A DNA stretch of 63,142 bases, counting the filler, from Squatina squatina (Eukaryota): NCBI GenBank assembly GCA_031763465.1. It is 4 parts of 4 records of this genome, joined end to end, with 100 filler letters (N's around TTAATTAATTAA, not from the genome) between each part and the next. Parts side by side here need not be neighbours in the genome. Positions count along the whole stretch, not along the records: positions 1 to 20,580 come from JARFOE010000073.1; positions 20,681 to 33,439 come from JARFOE010000001.1; 2 more parts are not named here. One strand, given 5' to 3'. The notes under the pieces are model-generated. The model made no database searches. It saw only the letters and a program-made list of their open reading frames with translations, and was not told the origin of the DNA. Position numbers and translations under genes: made by a program. Position 1 is the first letter of the stretch, and each line of letters begins with the position of its first letter. Below are positions 11,647-22,686 of the stretch, piece after piece.

Positions 11647-14600
11647 CGGGTGCACGTGTGGATATCCACAGACGTGCACCTTTGGCAAAGCCCACTGGAG
11701 AATGATCAGGACCGGAAAACTAGCTGATTTTCCACTTCACACTCCAAGGCCGCTGAGGCCTATGTATCCCCTTAATTCCATCGTGGCTGAAATCCGCCAA
11801 CTCAGCATGGAACAGGGATCAAACATCAGCCGACTTGATCTGTATGGAATCCCATTCATTTAATTATCAGTTACTCTCAAATTTATATGGAAGTGGCTTT
11901 TCCCTCTTTCATTTTCTGCTCATCGTCTGCTTGGAACTAAAGTTTAGGCCAAAATGATAGCTTTTGTTTGTGCTTAGTGCCCAGTATTTGAAAGAGAAAT
12001 ACTCTTTAAATACTATAGGAACATTTAAGTAGTGAATGTTACACAGTGTATGTTGGATCTGTTTTTTAATGTTTGTANNNNNNNNNNNNNNNNNNNNNNN
12101 NNNNNNNNNNNNNNNNNNNNNNNNNNNNNNNNNNNNNNNNNNNNNNNNNNNNNNNNNNNNNNNNNNNNNNNNNNNNNCATCCACTTTCTTTTTTCCCTGT
12201 TCACTTCATGACGTAGTCAACACCTGTCAAGAATAAGGAATGAGAACACAGCCGTGGCTCAGAAAGCTTTCTGTTCAATATGGACCCGGCCACTTGATAG
12301 GGATACCTAAGGATTGTAACAGGAGCCACAGGCATTCTCCATTCAATGAGTCAAAAGCTTTTTTCAAATTGATGTAAGCAACATACAGCATCTCGTTGTA
12401 TTTGTGTCATTTAGCTGCCACCTGCCGTAGTGGAAATGTCTGTTTAACAGTAGACATATTCTCTTTGAAGTCGGCCTGTTTGTTGTTTGCTGTGTTTGTC
12501 TCTGAGGGTGTTTGATGTGAGCAAGTATCATCCAAGCAAATTCCTTAGGCATCCTAACCACTTTAGCCATTTGGAAACATTCACAAGCTTCAAATGCGAC
12601 AACGTTCTTTATACTGTTGTGAATAAGGAAGGCTCTTCCCGTTTCTGTTGCAATAAATTAGATTTGAACCTCATCAGTTGTTTTCTGAATGTCCTGTTTG
12701 ATGCAGAAGATTCTGAGCTGCCTAGAAATATCTAATTCTGATTAATTTGTGGAAGCTGCAAACTGTAACATTTGTCATTTTATACCACATTGGGACCTAC
12801 ATTGTTTGAAGGGCAAGTAGGATAGACATTAAAGTCAAAGTATTCATGGAAGCTGAACAATAAATTCTGTTCAGCATTTTAACATTTGGAAGCAAAAAAA
12901 TGAGCCTTTTATAACTGTAATGGTGTTGTGACCTTTTCTTAATGTCATTTGCTGCAGGATTTCACGTTGCTATGTGATTGTATCCTTCAGTTTCAATAAA
13001 ATCCTTTTGTCACTTTCTACACTTTTCAAACGCTTTATCAATACAGCATAACTATCATTTAACATTAGGAGACAGACAAGAACGCACTTTAACTCTGCTC
13101 TGTAAAGAGCATCATGTGCTGTAAAATTCAGCTTTCTCTACATAATACATAATACTTGGTTTTAGTTGGCTATAGTTAACACTGCACTGCAGAAATCTTG
13201 AGAGTGCCTATGCAAAATTACTTCCAACATGCATTCTGTGTACCAATGCTGTGCTGTCAGCTATCTGCATCTTAATGAAATTGATTGTACTCTCATGCCT
13301 TAGTAGGGATCCTTTTCTCTATTGCAAGACATGAGCACTGACCTGGTTTTTGAATTTTTAAAGAACTTTTGGCAGATTTGCCTACACAGGACATAACTGT
13401 CAAAAACCTTCAGGACCTAAAATGGAATGTATAAGCTCTCTAATGCCCCCTTCATCCAACAGGATCACAGGGCAGGTTGGAAGCAATCCTGTTACAATCC
13501 CTAGGTAAGTCTGACAAAATTATATAATTAATCAGCTATGTTCTGGAAAGATTAACGATCAAAAGTAGAGGGAGGCAGGCCTGCGAGTGATGCGACAGCG
13601 AGGCCACCGATCCACATACTCCTACTCCTATTTCTTATGTTTTTATGTCAGTAATCAGTGAGCGAATGCGCTTCCTGTCCGCGAGCAAAGGGTCACTGAG
13701 GGGTCTGTTTGGGAAAAATACTGGAACTCATGATTTTTGTACCAAATCTCATGATTTTTAAGAGTTTATCTCATGGTTTATGCGATGGTGGGGTTGGCAT
13801 TACTGCTCAATGTGAAGTTGATATCAAAAAGGCTAATTGGTGCTGGGGTAAATCTCAAGGCATTTGGTGATAAATTGAAGCTAGTTATTTCACCTGATTG
13901 CTCATTTTAAACCCTGAGTCTTCTAACACTGCTAGATCTCTTTCAACCCTTTGCTAATTTTTAACAGTGTGTGGTATTTTATGTTTGTCCATTTTAAATT
14001 TCATCTGTCACTATACCATCCACTTATATATCGTCTAACTAANNNNNNNNNNNNNNNNNNNNNNNNNNNNNNNNNNNNNNNNNNNNNNNNNNNNNNNNNN
14101 NNNNNNNNNNNNNNNNNNNNNNNNNNNNNNNNNNNNNNNNNNCAGTAATGCAGCGAGGACTTTCTTGCTCCTAGTCCATTCAATCTTGATATTACATACT
14201 ATACTCCTTGCTCTTTGCATATCTGATTTCTCAATAAAAGAAATCTACAATTACTTGAATTTCCAGTTGCCTTTTGCTGTGTCTGTTTCATGGTAATTTG
14301 TTTTTCACCTTGCAACAGGCATAAAAGTTTTAAAATATTTGCAGCACTTTAGATATATGAAAGACAAAATACATTTTAAAATGCAAAATTTGTATTGCGA
14401 AGGATATTCCAATCCATAATTGTAAACATTTTGCTTTTTCAAGTTTCAGAATATGCTTGCATTGAGCTAGCCTTTGAACTCTCCTGAGGGATTTCATTCA
14501 CATTCCATTGTCTAAAAATATTTCGTCCATCATAAGCCTGGCTCTGAAAATGAAATCCCAAGGTTAATTTGTAGCCATCTCACATTGCCTTCAACATTCT

Positions 14601-16299
14601 GTTGAGGGGTTGATTGGAATAAAATCCAATGTGAACAGTATTGCCTTTGCCTGTCGACAAAATGAAGCAAGTATTACTTTCAGGAAGCAGCAGCTGAACT
14701 GAAGTTGGTTTGGAAGAAAGAAGTTAGACAGGATTCCCATTAACTGATCACTCTCTATGGCCCCGACTGGAAGACACATACATGTGGGCATAAAGTGAGG
14801 CAGAATCTCTGTACACATCAAAATAGCCTGACACTCCCTAATCTAGATTTTCTAATTGTCATTTTTGTGACCTGAACCTATTTGAAAAATACATGTAAGT
14901 TTTTGACAATCCAATTTTTTTGTTTATTTTAATATCCTTTCTTGAAGGCANNNNNNNNNNNNNNNNNNNNNNNNNNNNNNNNNNNNNNNNNNNNNNNNNN
15001 NNNNNNNNNNNNNNNNNNNNNNNNNNNNNNNNNNNNNNNNNNNNNNNNNNTTTGAACAGGCCTTCGAGTTGCTTTGCTGACTGCTTTTTAATAGGGTGTA
15101 ATTAGAGCCTCGATGGACAGTTAGTAATCAGATAGAGAGCAAACTACTTGCCCTTTCTGTTCCTGTAAAATACAGCTGGACCAATACTGTCCTGCCATAC
15201 AGTAAGAAAAATCCAGGCTAAAGCTACTTCATTTTGGTGCTCGCATCCTTTGCTGTAGTGCAGATTCTTGATGATAGCCAGTGCAGCTGCAGCTTAACTT
15301 CTGATGCAGAATGAGGATAAGTCATTGCGGCTCAAGATGCTGAAATTCAGAGTGGACAGTATAAAACAGTTTGAGCGAAGAACAGCCTTACCAGAAAGGT
15401 ACTGTGTATGATTTGCAAGTTGATTTTGGAAAGGGTACTTATTGATTAAAGCTTTGAAACGTTGCTGATCTGCTGCTGATCCTAAAGCATGTTATGCAGC
15501 AGTTCTAGCTTTGCAGTGATTTAACCCTTAACTGAATGCAACAAATAAATTATGACCATCATTAAATCTCTTAACCGTATTCTTTCTAAGGAGAATCTTT
15601 GCTATAGAATTACTGTTAGTAAATTTGTGTGGGGATTGGAGAAAGAAATAGCTATTAATTGAGTGACCAGTTTAAGAATCCATTATCTCCGTAATGTTGG
15701 GTAATGTACCCTTGAATGATTACTTTAAGAGTATGCTGTGAGAGTAATGCTAGGTAATAAATCCAAGTAGTATACCCATGGTCACTGAGAAGAGCCGACT
15801 TTATAGGGATAGGTCTGGAGAAAATTATGTCTCTTTCCGCTCCACAGTGTGTTATTAATTTTGCAGTTTTCTTCCCCACCAACCCCTTAAGGCTTTACTG
15901 TGAACTGTGGTGTGGTTCCATTATGTTGAAGGTATCTGACCCAAGTGACTAGTCTTGATATGTGAGCTTACTGAGTGTTGACAGGATATTCGATTATGGG
16001 GGAATTAGTGAGTTTGATCCTGTGCTCACCTGGCATTGATACATATGCACTTTGTAGGAGGAGTTGTTAGTGATAGGGAGTGGGAACCTATATAAGTGTA
16101 AGAGTACAAATTTTAAAATTAAGAAAGGGGAAATCAGCTAGAAACTTTGCATCCAATGGATAATAGAAAGGAAATTGCAATTCTCAAAAGATAAAAGCGG
16201 CATTGAATTTGAAGATAATAGTTTAGATATTTTCTAGATATCGTCACTGGAGAGTATAACAGTAACTTGCTTTTTAATTTTTTGCAGTACACCCAATAT

Positions 16300-17770
16300 C
16301 CTAGAGAATTTTGAAGTTTGTTTGACAGAGGCTTTTGTTATCAGAACTTGAGGCTAACCAATCCCCCAGGATTAATGGCATATTTTCTGGGGTGCTGAAG
16401 GAGACCAAGGAGAAAATCTGTGGGATCCTCGGCATCATGAAGGACTGAAGTGAGATTTCATGGAACTGGAAATCAGAAAATATAGTGCCTATATTTAAAA
16501 TGGGAAACAAATCTAACCAGGCAACTCTAGGCCCATTTTCTAACATCAGCAACAGGCAAACTAACAAAAATGATTTGAATGAGCAGGGTGGAGCAGTACC
16601 TGTCTAGCAATAATGTGATAAGAAATTGGCACCATGAATTTAGTGGGGAAGATCTTATCTGAAAAACATCTCTCCAGGACATTAATGGTTTATTGAACTT
16701 TCAGAAAGCTTTCAATAAAAGTTGCATGTGCAAGACTTTTATTAAAAGTAAAAACCTCAGAAACTCAGGGTAAAACCTTGAACTGGATAAGAGTTTGGTT
16801 GCAGCAGAGGAAGTGAGTCGTCATGAGAAGTGTAATGTTCAAGTAAGGCAGGAGGGGAGAAGACTGTTGAATGGAGTCTCTCAAGGGCCACTGCATGGAC
16901 TTGTGTTGTTTCTGGGTATTAAAACCAAATGCAAGCTCGTCAAGTTTGCGGATATTAACACGGGGAGTAGTAGTGATCCAGTTTATGGCCAAAGATTTAG
17001 ANNNNNNNNNNATTTAGATTAGTTAGGAGCATGGGAGGACAAATAACAAATTCACTTTTAACACTGAGGAAGGTACGGTATTCCAACATGTGTTGAAAAA
17101 GTGCACATTGTCAGTGTGCAATGAATTAAATAGCACAGGGAGAGTTAGAAAGGGTCTGGAGTAATTTGTCGACCTGTCACTCTAAATGTCTATACAATGT
17201 GGTGAATCAATTAAATAAGCTAACAGAATGTTGAGATATATAGCTTGAGCAGTGCAATACAAGGCAGCACACATGGTAAAGTTTTACCAGTGCACTGGTC
17301 AGAACACAGATGGAGTATGGTGCTTAGTTGCAGTCACCATTTCACAAAATGTATTGGCATTGGAAAGGGTACAGAAAAAAACAAGGCTGGTTCTAAGTTT
17401 TACGGAGTTGAGCTATAAGGACAGATTAGAGATGCTGAAGTTCTGAAAAGCATAAAAACAGGGTTAAGAGGGGATCTTGTCAAATATATGAAATAAATGG
17501 TATTGATGAAACAAACTAATAATATTAGTTCAAAGTAAGCTAGGAAACTAGAACTAGACATACATTTAAATTAACGAAAAGCAGATATTAGGAGCAAGTG
17601 CATTACTCAGATTAAAATGTTTGAAATAATCTACCAGACAGAGGAGTAGAGACAAAAATGTGAGAAATTCAAAATGCAGTAATATGGAAAATGGGAGATT
17701 TATGGTAATAGATGGTTGAGCTTTGGGCCAAATGACCATTTCTCATCCTCAAATTTTCTTGCGTCCTTAT
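16300..17770 (+). mobile_element. Degraded CR1-clade LINE, RT domain through 3' tail
   Basis: Collinear remnants WKSENIVPIFKMGNKSN, FQKAFNK, KCKLVKFADI and VLALERVQKKTRLVLSFTELSYKDRL, then a gggccaaatgacc...ttcttgcgtcctt tail. Many stops and frameshifts. Confidence 0.8.
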
Positions 17771-17884
17771 AAGTACCATATAGGTAATTGAAATAGACAG
17801 TATAAATGGAGGTGGGATATGGAGAGAATCTGAATCTGTGTGGCCGAGATCAAAAAGGATCAGGCTTGTTGGGCATTATAGGTG

Positions 17885-18310
17885 ATAGCTTGGCTCAATT
17901 TGTCAATACTGTCAAAGCCACAAAATTTTCAGTGCAAGCCCCACTTCTGTATATAATCCAGGTCGACATCTAACTGTAGTACTAAGGGAGTGCTGTATTA
18001 TTGGAAGTGCAATCTTTTGCATGAGACTTTTTAAACCAATGATTGTCTGTTCAGGTGGATCCAAATGATCCTATCACATTTTGAAGATGATCAGGGAGTG
18101 ATCCTGCTGTGATAACTGACATTCCTCTCTTGATCAACACCACCAAAAATTAATCAACAGTTCATTTATCTCATTTGCTGTCTGTGGAACTTTGCTGTGC
18201 ATAGATGGTTGCCATAAAAACAGTGCTCCTTCAAAAGTAATTCACTGGCTGTGAATCGCTTTGGGACATCCTAAGGATTGATGAAGAAGTCTGTAATTGC
18301 AAGTTTGTTC
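17885..18310 (+). mobile_element. Deu-domain SINE, older diverged copy
   Basis: A-box-like tggctcaatttg, central caggtggat...gatcc...tttgctgtctgtggaactttgctgtgc and tail ttcaaaagtaattcactggctgtgaatcgctttgggacatcc. Confidence 0.75.
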
Positions 18311-19051
18311 GCTCTTTAATGATTTCCTATTCCTAAATGCTTTTCCTGACTGAGGCATTGGCTGAACAAACCCCATTTTTTTGTATTTTCTCTGCAGCTA
18401 TTCCACTCCTGGTCAAACTGCATTAATTCTATCAGCAAGCAGCTCGCCCACATTTTTAGGGAGTGTTGATTTGAAGATTAGTCATTGGTCCCTCACTATC
18501 GGCAGCAGTGGTGTCTGTATCTACTTCAGTTGGTTCACAGGAACTTCGGTGTTACCAAATTGACCATTGAATAACTAGGCAAACACTTTCCAACCCATAA
18601 TATGTTAGTCCTCTCTGTGGATATTTTCTCCTTGCACGAGAGTGATTAAGAGAGGAAAAAAAATCAGCAGCTTTGATCCCCTTGGTTTTTGTTGAATAAG
18701 TGGAGCAACTCCATCATTCAAAGGGCAAGTGAAAAAATAGTAAATCTCCAGGCCCTATAGTTTTAATTGATCTGTCATTTTCACTGTTTCGTCCATTGTT
18801 ACTGTGGGGAAAGTGTTTGACCTCCAGTTAGAAAGCAGGATTTGGGGTTTGAAATCCAGAGTACTGGCTGAGGGATTGCAATCACAACCTATCACTCCAT
18901 GGTGTCATATGCTGGAACATTTTGCGTATAGCAAGATATTGTTTGGGATTGNNNNNNNNNNNNNNNNNNNNNNNNNNNNNNNNNNNNNNNNNNNNNNNNN
19001 NNNNNNNNNNNNNNNNNNNNNNNNNNNNNNNNNNNNNNNNNNNNNNNNNNN

Positions 19052-19352
19052 TGGAAAGTTACAGTTGAATCTGCTTCCACCCCCTTGTCATGCAGTGTAT
19101 TCCTGATCATAACTCGCCGCGTAAAGAAAGATTCTCCGTGTCTCCACTCTGGTTCATTTGCCAATTATATTAAATCTGTGTCCTCTGGTGGAAACCGTTT
19201 CTCCTCTGAAAGACGGCACTTCACCATTGCCGCATTCCTGTAGTACGACAGTGAAGTGTTAGCCTAAATTCTGCGCTCATACCTCTCACGTGGGTTTTGA
19301 ACCCATGACCTTCTGACTCCGAAGCAAAAGTGCTGCCACTGAGCCAAGTCTG
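19052..19352 (-). mobile_element. CR1 3' fragment (about 19052-19200) fused to the 5' head of a Deu-domain SINE (about 19205-19352)
   Basis: Minus ORF reads SFFTRRVMIRNTLHDKGVEADSTVTF (CR1 C-terminus). It is followed by the reverse complement of cttggctcagtggcagcac...gaaggtcatgggttcaaaaccc, with A and B boxes. Confidence 0.75.
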
Positions 19353-20124
19353 AGTGATCATAATTCACATTCCTGCCTGTCAAGATAAGCAGTGTCTTAA
19401 TCATGCAGTCTAGTGCATGTAAAGAACACGATTTGGCATCTGATCATTCTTGTAAAGAAAGGCGTGTAATTTTGATGAGAAATAGCACTATACAGCATAA
19501 GTATTAAAGTCAACATCAAGTGCAAAGTAGAAGGCTGGGCATGTTAGGTTATTTTGATAAATCTGGCATTTCAAGTTAACCTGGCCATTTTAAACATGTG
19601 CTACAATGGACATTTTGTAAATCCCAATAAAGCGTTCTGTTATTTTGCATATTGACTGGCGGCCACTGACCTAAAAGGCAAAAAAAAAAGTTTTGACAAA
19701 TGTTCCTACTGACTGGCCATAGTTATTAGAATTATACTTGTTTGTGAGGGCTGGGGAAATATCATAAGAATGGGCAGGGAAATGGAGTGGTGGTGATAGT
19801 CTCATTGTGCTGATTTGTCAGTTGAATCACTGGGTATCTATTGGAAAGGAGAGAAGTCCCCTTTCGGTAAACCATTCTTCAGAGAAGGATTGCTGCTGAG
19901 ACCTGAGCTCGTTAGATAAATATCGCGCCATTAACCAGTTGGTCAGATGGCACAGTGCAGTAGAGCTAAACCTATCATTTCGCAGGAGGGAGGGTAAAAA
20001 GTAAAATCAACTCCGCCCTCTGGTTCTCCACAACTTGGATCACCCTGTCTCCTGCAGGGCATGTGGCAGTACTAAATTATGTTAAAAAGGAAAGCAGGAA
20101 CTCTCCCAATAGCTTGCCTGCTTA

Positions 20125-20470
20125 AGGCAATGAGTAGATTAGCTATACGTATAGGAGGACGCAGGTATTATCCTTGCTCTTTGCTGATTAGCTGTATTTA
20201 GCAAGGGCAACAGTTGGGGTGCTACAGTTGATAACGGTACCCCTAGATTAGAGGAGAGAAAATTTGCCAGAGTTCCTGTTCCTGATCTGTTCTTCATTAA
20301 TTCTTGCAGGAAGTGTGCATGTATCAACATTGAGTGAGGGTAGGATCAGGCTCAGTTGTGTTGCGTCATCATCCCGCAGTTGAATAGTCTGCTAAATTTG
20401 TGTGTTTGGGCTCATGTGATACCAGTAGAATGATCTGAGAAGAGTGGTTGCCTTTGAGCTGGGAAAAGTA
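20125..20470 (+). mobile_element. Second tRNA-SINE-like family, diverged copy
   Basis: Shares segments (gctacagttg, gttcctgttcctgat, aggatcaggctcag, ttgaatagtctgc) with reverse-oriented copies near 1210-1480, 11655-11850 and 15860-16090. Confidence 0.5.
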
Positions 20471-20580
20471 GAAAATTAATAGAGAAAGGAGAAAGAAAAA
20501 AGGAGAGGGGCACTAGAAAAATCTTTTAAAGACTATTTGGAACAGGAGTAGGCCATTCAGCCCCTCGAGCCTGTTCCACC

Positions 20581-20680
20581 NNNNNNNNNNNNNNNNNNNN
20601 NNNNNNNNNNNNNNNNNNNNNNNNTTAATTAATTAANNNNNNNNNNNNNNNNNNNNNNNNNNNNNNNNNNNNNNNNNNNN
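20581..20680. other. Artificial scaffold-join spacer (44 N + TTAATTAATTAA + 44 N)
   Basis: The 12-mer at 20625-20636 has TAA stops in all six frames. Identical constructs are at 33440-33539 and 47659-47758. Confidence 0.97.
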
Positions 20681-21212
20681 CTTGAGCACATAGCAAAATA
20701 GTACAGCACAAGATCTTCTGTGCAAAAGACTCAGATGCCTGCTGGTATTTGATCATTCTAAATCATAAGTTGCAAATTAAACTTTGTTGTACAAATGCAA
20801 CACATGACTCACAACAAGTTCAGTCCAACTGAACAGCATTACCATGGAAGCGCTAACAAATCAACATTATATAACTCAAACCAAAATGCATTGTAAAACA
20901 GGTCTTGCAGATCAGAAAATCCTGATTTATTCGTAAATAATTATTTCTTAACCATATAGCCACTGGTTAAGTAAAACTGTATACCATTCCTAATGGCTCA
21001 GCAAAGTTATGTAGGGAGTACCCAAGCCGTAAAGCCATAACTGATTCCCAGGACTTTCCTGCCCATAGCGGAGCTTAACAGATGAAGAATGGTCGGATTT
21101 CACCTGCGACGCACCACAGGGCAGCTGGCTGGAACTATGCCCCAGGAAGGAGTCAAAACCTTGGGGAGAGAGGAAATTGAGAAATTGAAAACATCATAAA
21201 AGTTGCACTTAC

Positions 21213-21350
21213 ATTGGCAACTCCCTCCGTTTGTCGGGTCTCCATAGTAACCAGAGATGCAAGTTTCACAGTGGTTGCCAGTTGTTAGGTCTTCACATTT
21301 CTCACAGATGCTTTCATTAACACACTTGCTGTGACCATTACACTGACAAG
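21213..21350 (-). CDS. ATRN: Attractin internal exon (laminin-type EGF-like repeat), 138 bp, phase 1/1
   Basis: Encodes (A)CQCNGHSKCVNESICEKCEDLTTGNHCETCISGYYGDPTNGGSCQ, near-identical to human ATRN as recalled and closer to it than to ATRNL1. Acceptor tttccgttag, donor gtaagt. Confidence 0.95.
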
Positions 21351-21499
21351 CTAACGGAAACAAAAATAAAAATGTTTTCATTCCATGTGTGATATACAAT
21401 GGCAAGCACCAGTTCCTTCTCCTCCATCTCCAATTTCCTGTTGGACTGTATACAGAAAAATGTACAGTTTGTATTTGTCTGTGATCAGTCTTTACGAAC

Positions 21500-21652
21500 C
21501 TGGACACTGGATAAAGGACCAGTTGTATTTTGTTTCTGCTGGGCACATGCTGACATTCAGAATGGGTGTATAGTCGGTATTTACTGTGGGGACTTTCACT
21601 GGTCCTCGGTAAGATCCTTCTATACACTGTCCCTTTCCTGTATTGCTGGGAT
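21500..21652 (-). CDS. ATRN: Attractin internal exon (PSI domain), 5' part lost in gap
   Basis: Encodes PSNTGKGQCIEGSYRGPVKVPTVNTDYTPILNVSMCPAETKYNWSFIQCP. The donor G|gttcgt splices in frame over a 149-bp intron (21351-21499) to the next exon. This frame is not in the ORF track. Confidence 0.93.
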
Positions 21653-21752
21653 NNNNNNNNNNNNNNNNNNNNNNNNNNNNNNNNNNNNNNNNNNNNNNNN
21701 NNNNNNNNNNNNNNNNNNNNNNNNNNNNNNNNNNNNNNNNNNNNNNNNNNNN

Positions 21753-22245
21753 GGAAGTGATAGGCTGGCTTGGAGTGCATTAGAATAGCCAAGTTTAACG
21801 GTAACAAAGGCATGGATGAGGGTTTGAGCAGCAGATGAACTGAGACAGAGTCAGGTGAAGTTACGGAGGCAGAAATAGGTGGTCGTAGTGATGGAGCGGA
21901 TGTGTGGTTGGAAGCTCATTTTGGGGTCAAATATAACACCAAAGGTTGTGAACAGTCTGGCGCAGGCTCACCACTTTCCAGAGAGATGGAATCAGTGGCT
22001 GGAGAACAGAGTTTGTGATAGGGACCAAAGACAATGGCTTCGGTCTTGGCAATATTTAGTTGTTGGAAATTTCTGCTCATCCAGAACTGGATGTCGGACA
22101 AGCAGTCTGACAATTTAGGCAGTGGAGGGGTTAAGAGATGTGATGGTGATGTAGAGCCGGGTGTCGTCAGCATACATGTGGAAACTAACTTTTCGGATGA
22201 TGTCGCCGAAGGGTGGCATGTATATGAGAATTAGGAGGGGGCCAC
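21753..22245 (-). mobile_element. L2-clade LINE RT fragment inside an ATRN intron
   Basis: [10 protein letters not shown] (YADD at 22163-22174) and LSDCLSDIQFWMSRNFQQLNIAKTEAIVFGP. Confidence 0.88.
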
Positions 22246-22504
22246 ATTTAAATGGTTACAGTTGTTTCGCTTTCCTCTCATTTTGAGCTTTGGTGAAAGA
22301 CTATAATGCTCTGGGTGTTGGTTGTAGAAATATTCTTGGATTTGCTCAGTTCTAAACTACTTAACTGATACATTGATCAATCATAAAGCAAATAAAAATG
22401 CTAATTTCACACATGCACAAATGTTTCTGATCCAGAATAGAGAAAGGTTACTGGTTAACCCCAAAACTCCCAAGTAAAATCTGCTCAAAGCGAGTGATAC
22501 TCAC

Positions 22505-22686
22505 CAACACATGCATGATCTGCAATTCCTTAAGAACAAATTCGACTTTCTTCTGTGATGTAAGTGAGGCTAGTGCTGCATTCTGACCCCTGCAGAAGAG
22601 CTTCGCATTATCGTAGTTATCTTTCGCAGTGGTAATTGTCAGACATGAGTTTCCCACCAAGTGCCAGCTCTCTCCACAGATGGTTT
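22505..22686 (-). CDS. ATRN: Attractin internal exon (start of C-type lectin domain), 182 bp, phase 1/0
   Basis: Encodes (E)TICGESWHLVGNSCLTITTAKDNYDNAKLFCRGQNAALASLTSQKKVEFVLKELQIMHVL. Acceptor acgacag, donor gtgagt. Confidence 0.95.

Noticed and set aside
20625-20636. Recurrent palindrome TTAATTAATTAA as a biological repeat or recombination site
   Set aside because: Always centred in exactly 44+44 N; it is an assembly linker.
21100-21813. 237-aa minus ORF as a single protein
   Set aside because: Only 21213-21350 is ATRN in this frame. The rest is intron, an out-of-frame reading of the upstream exon, and gap.
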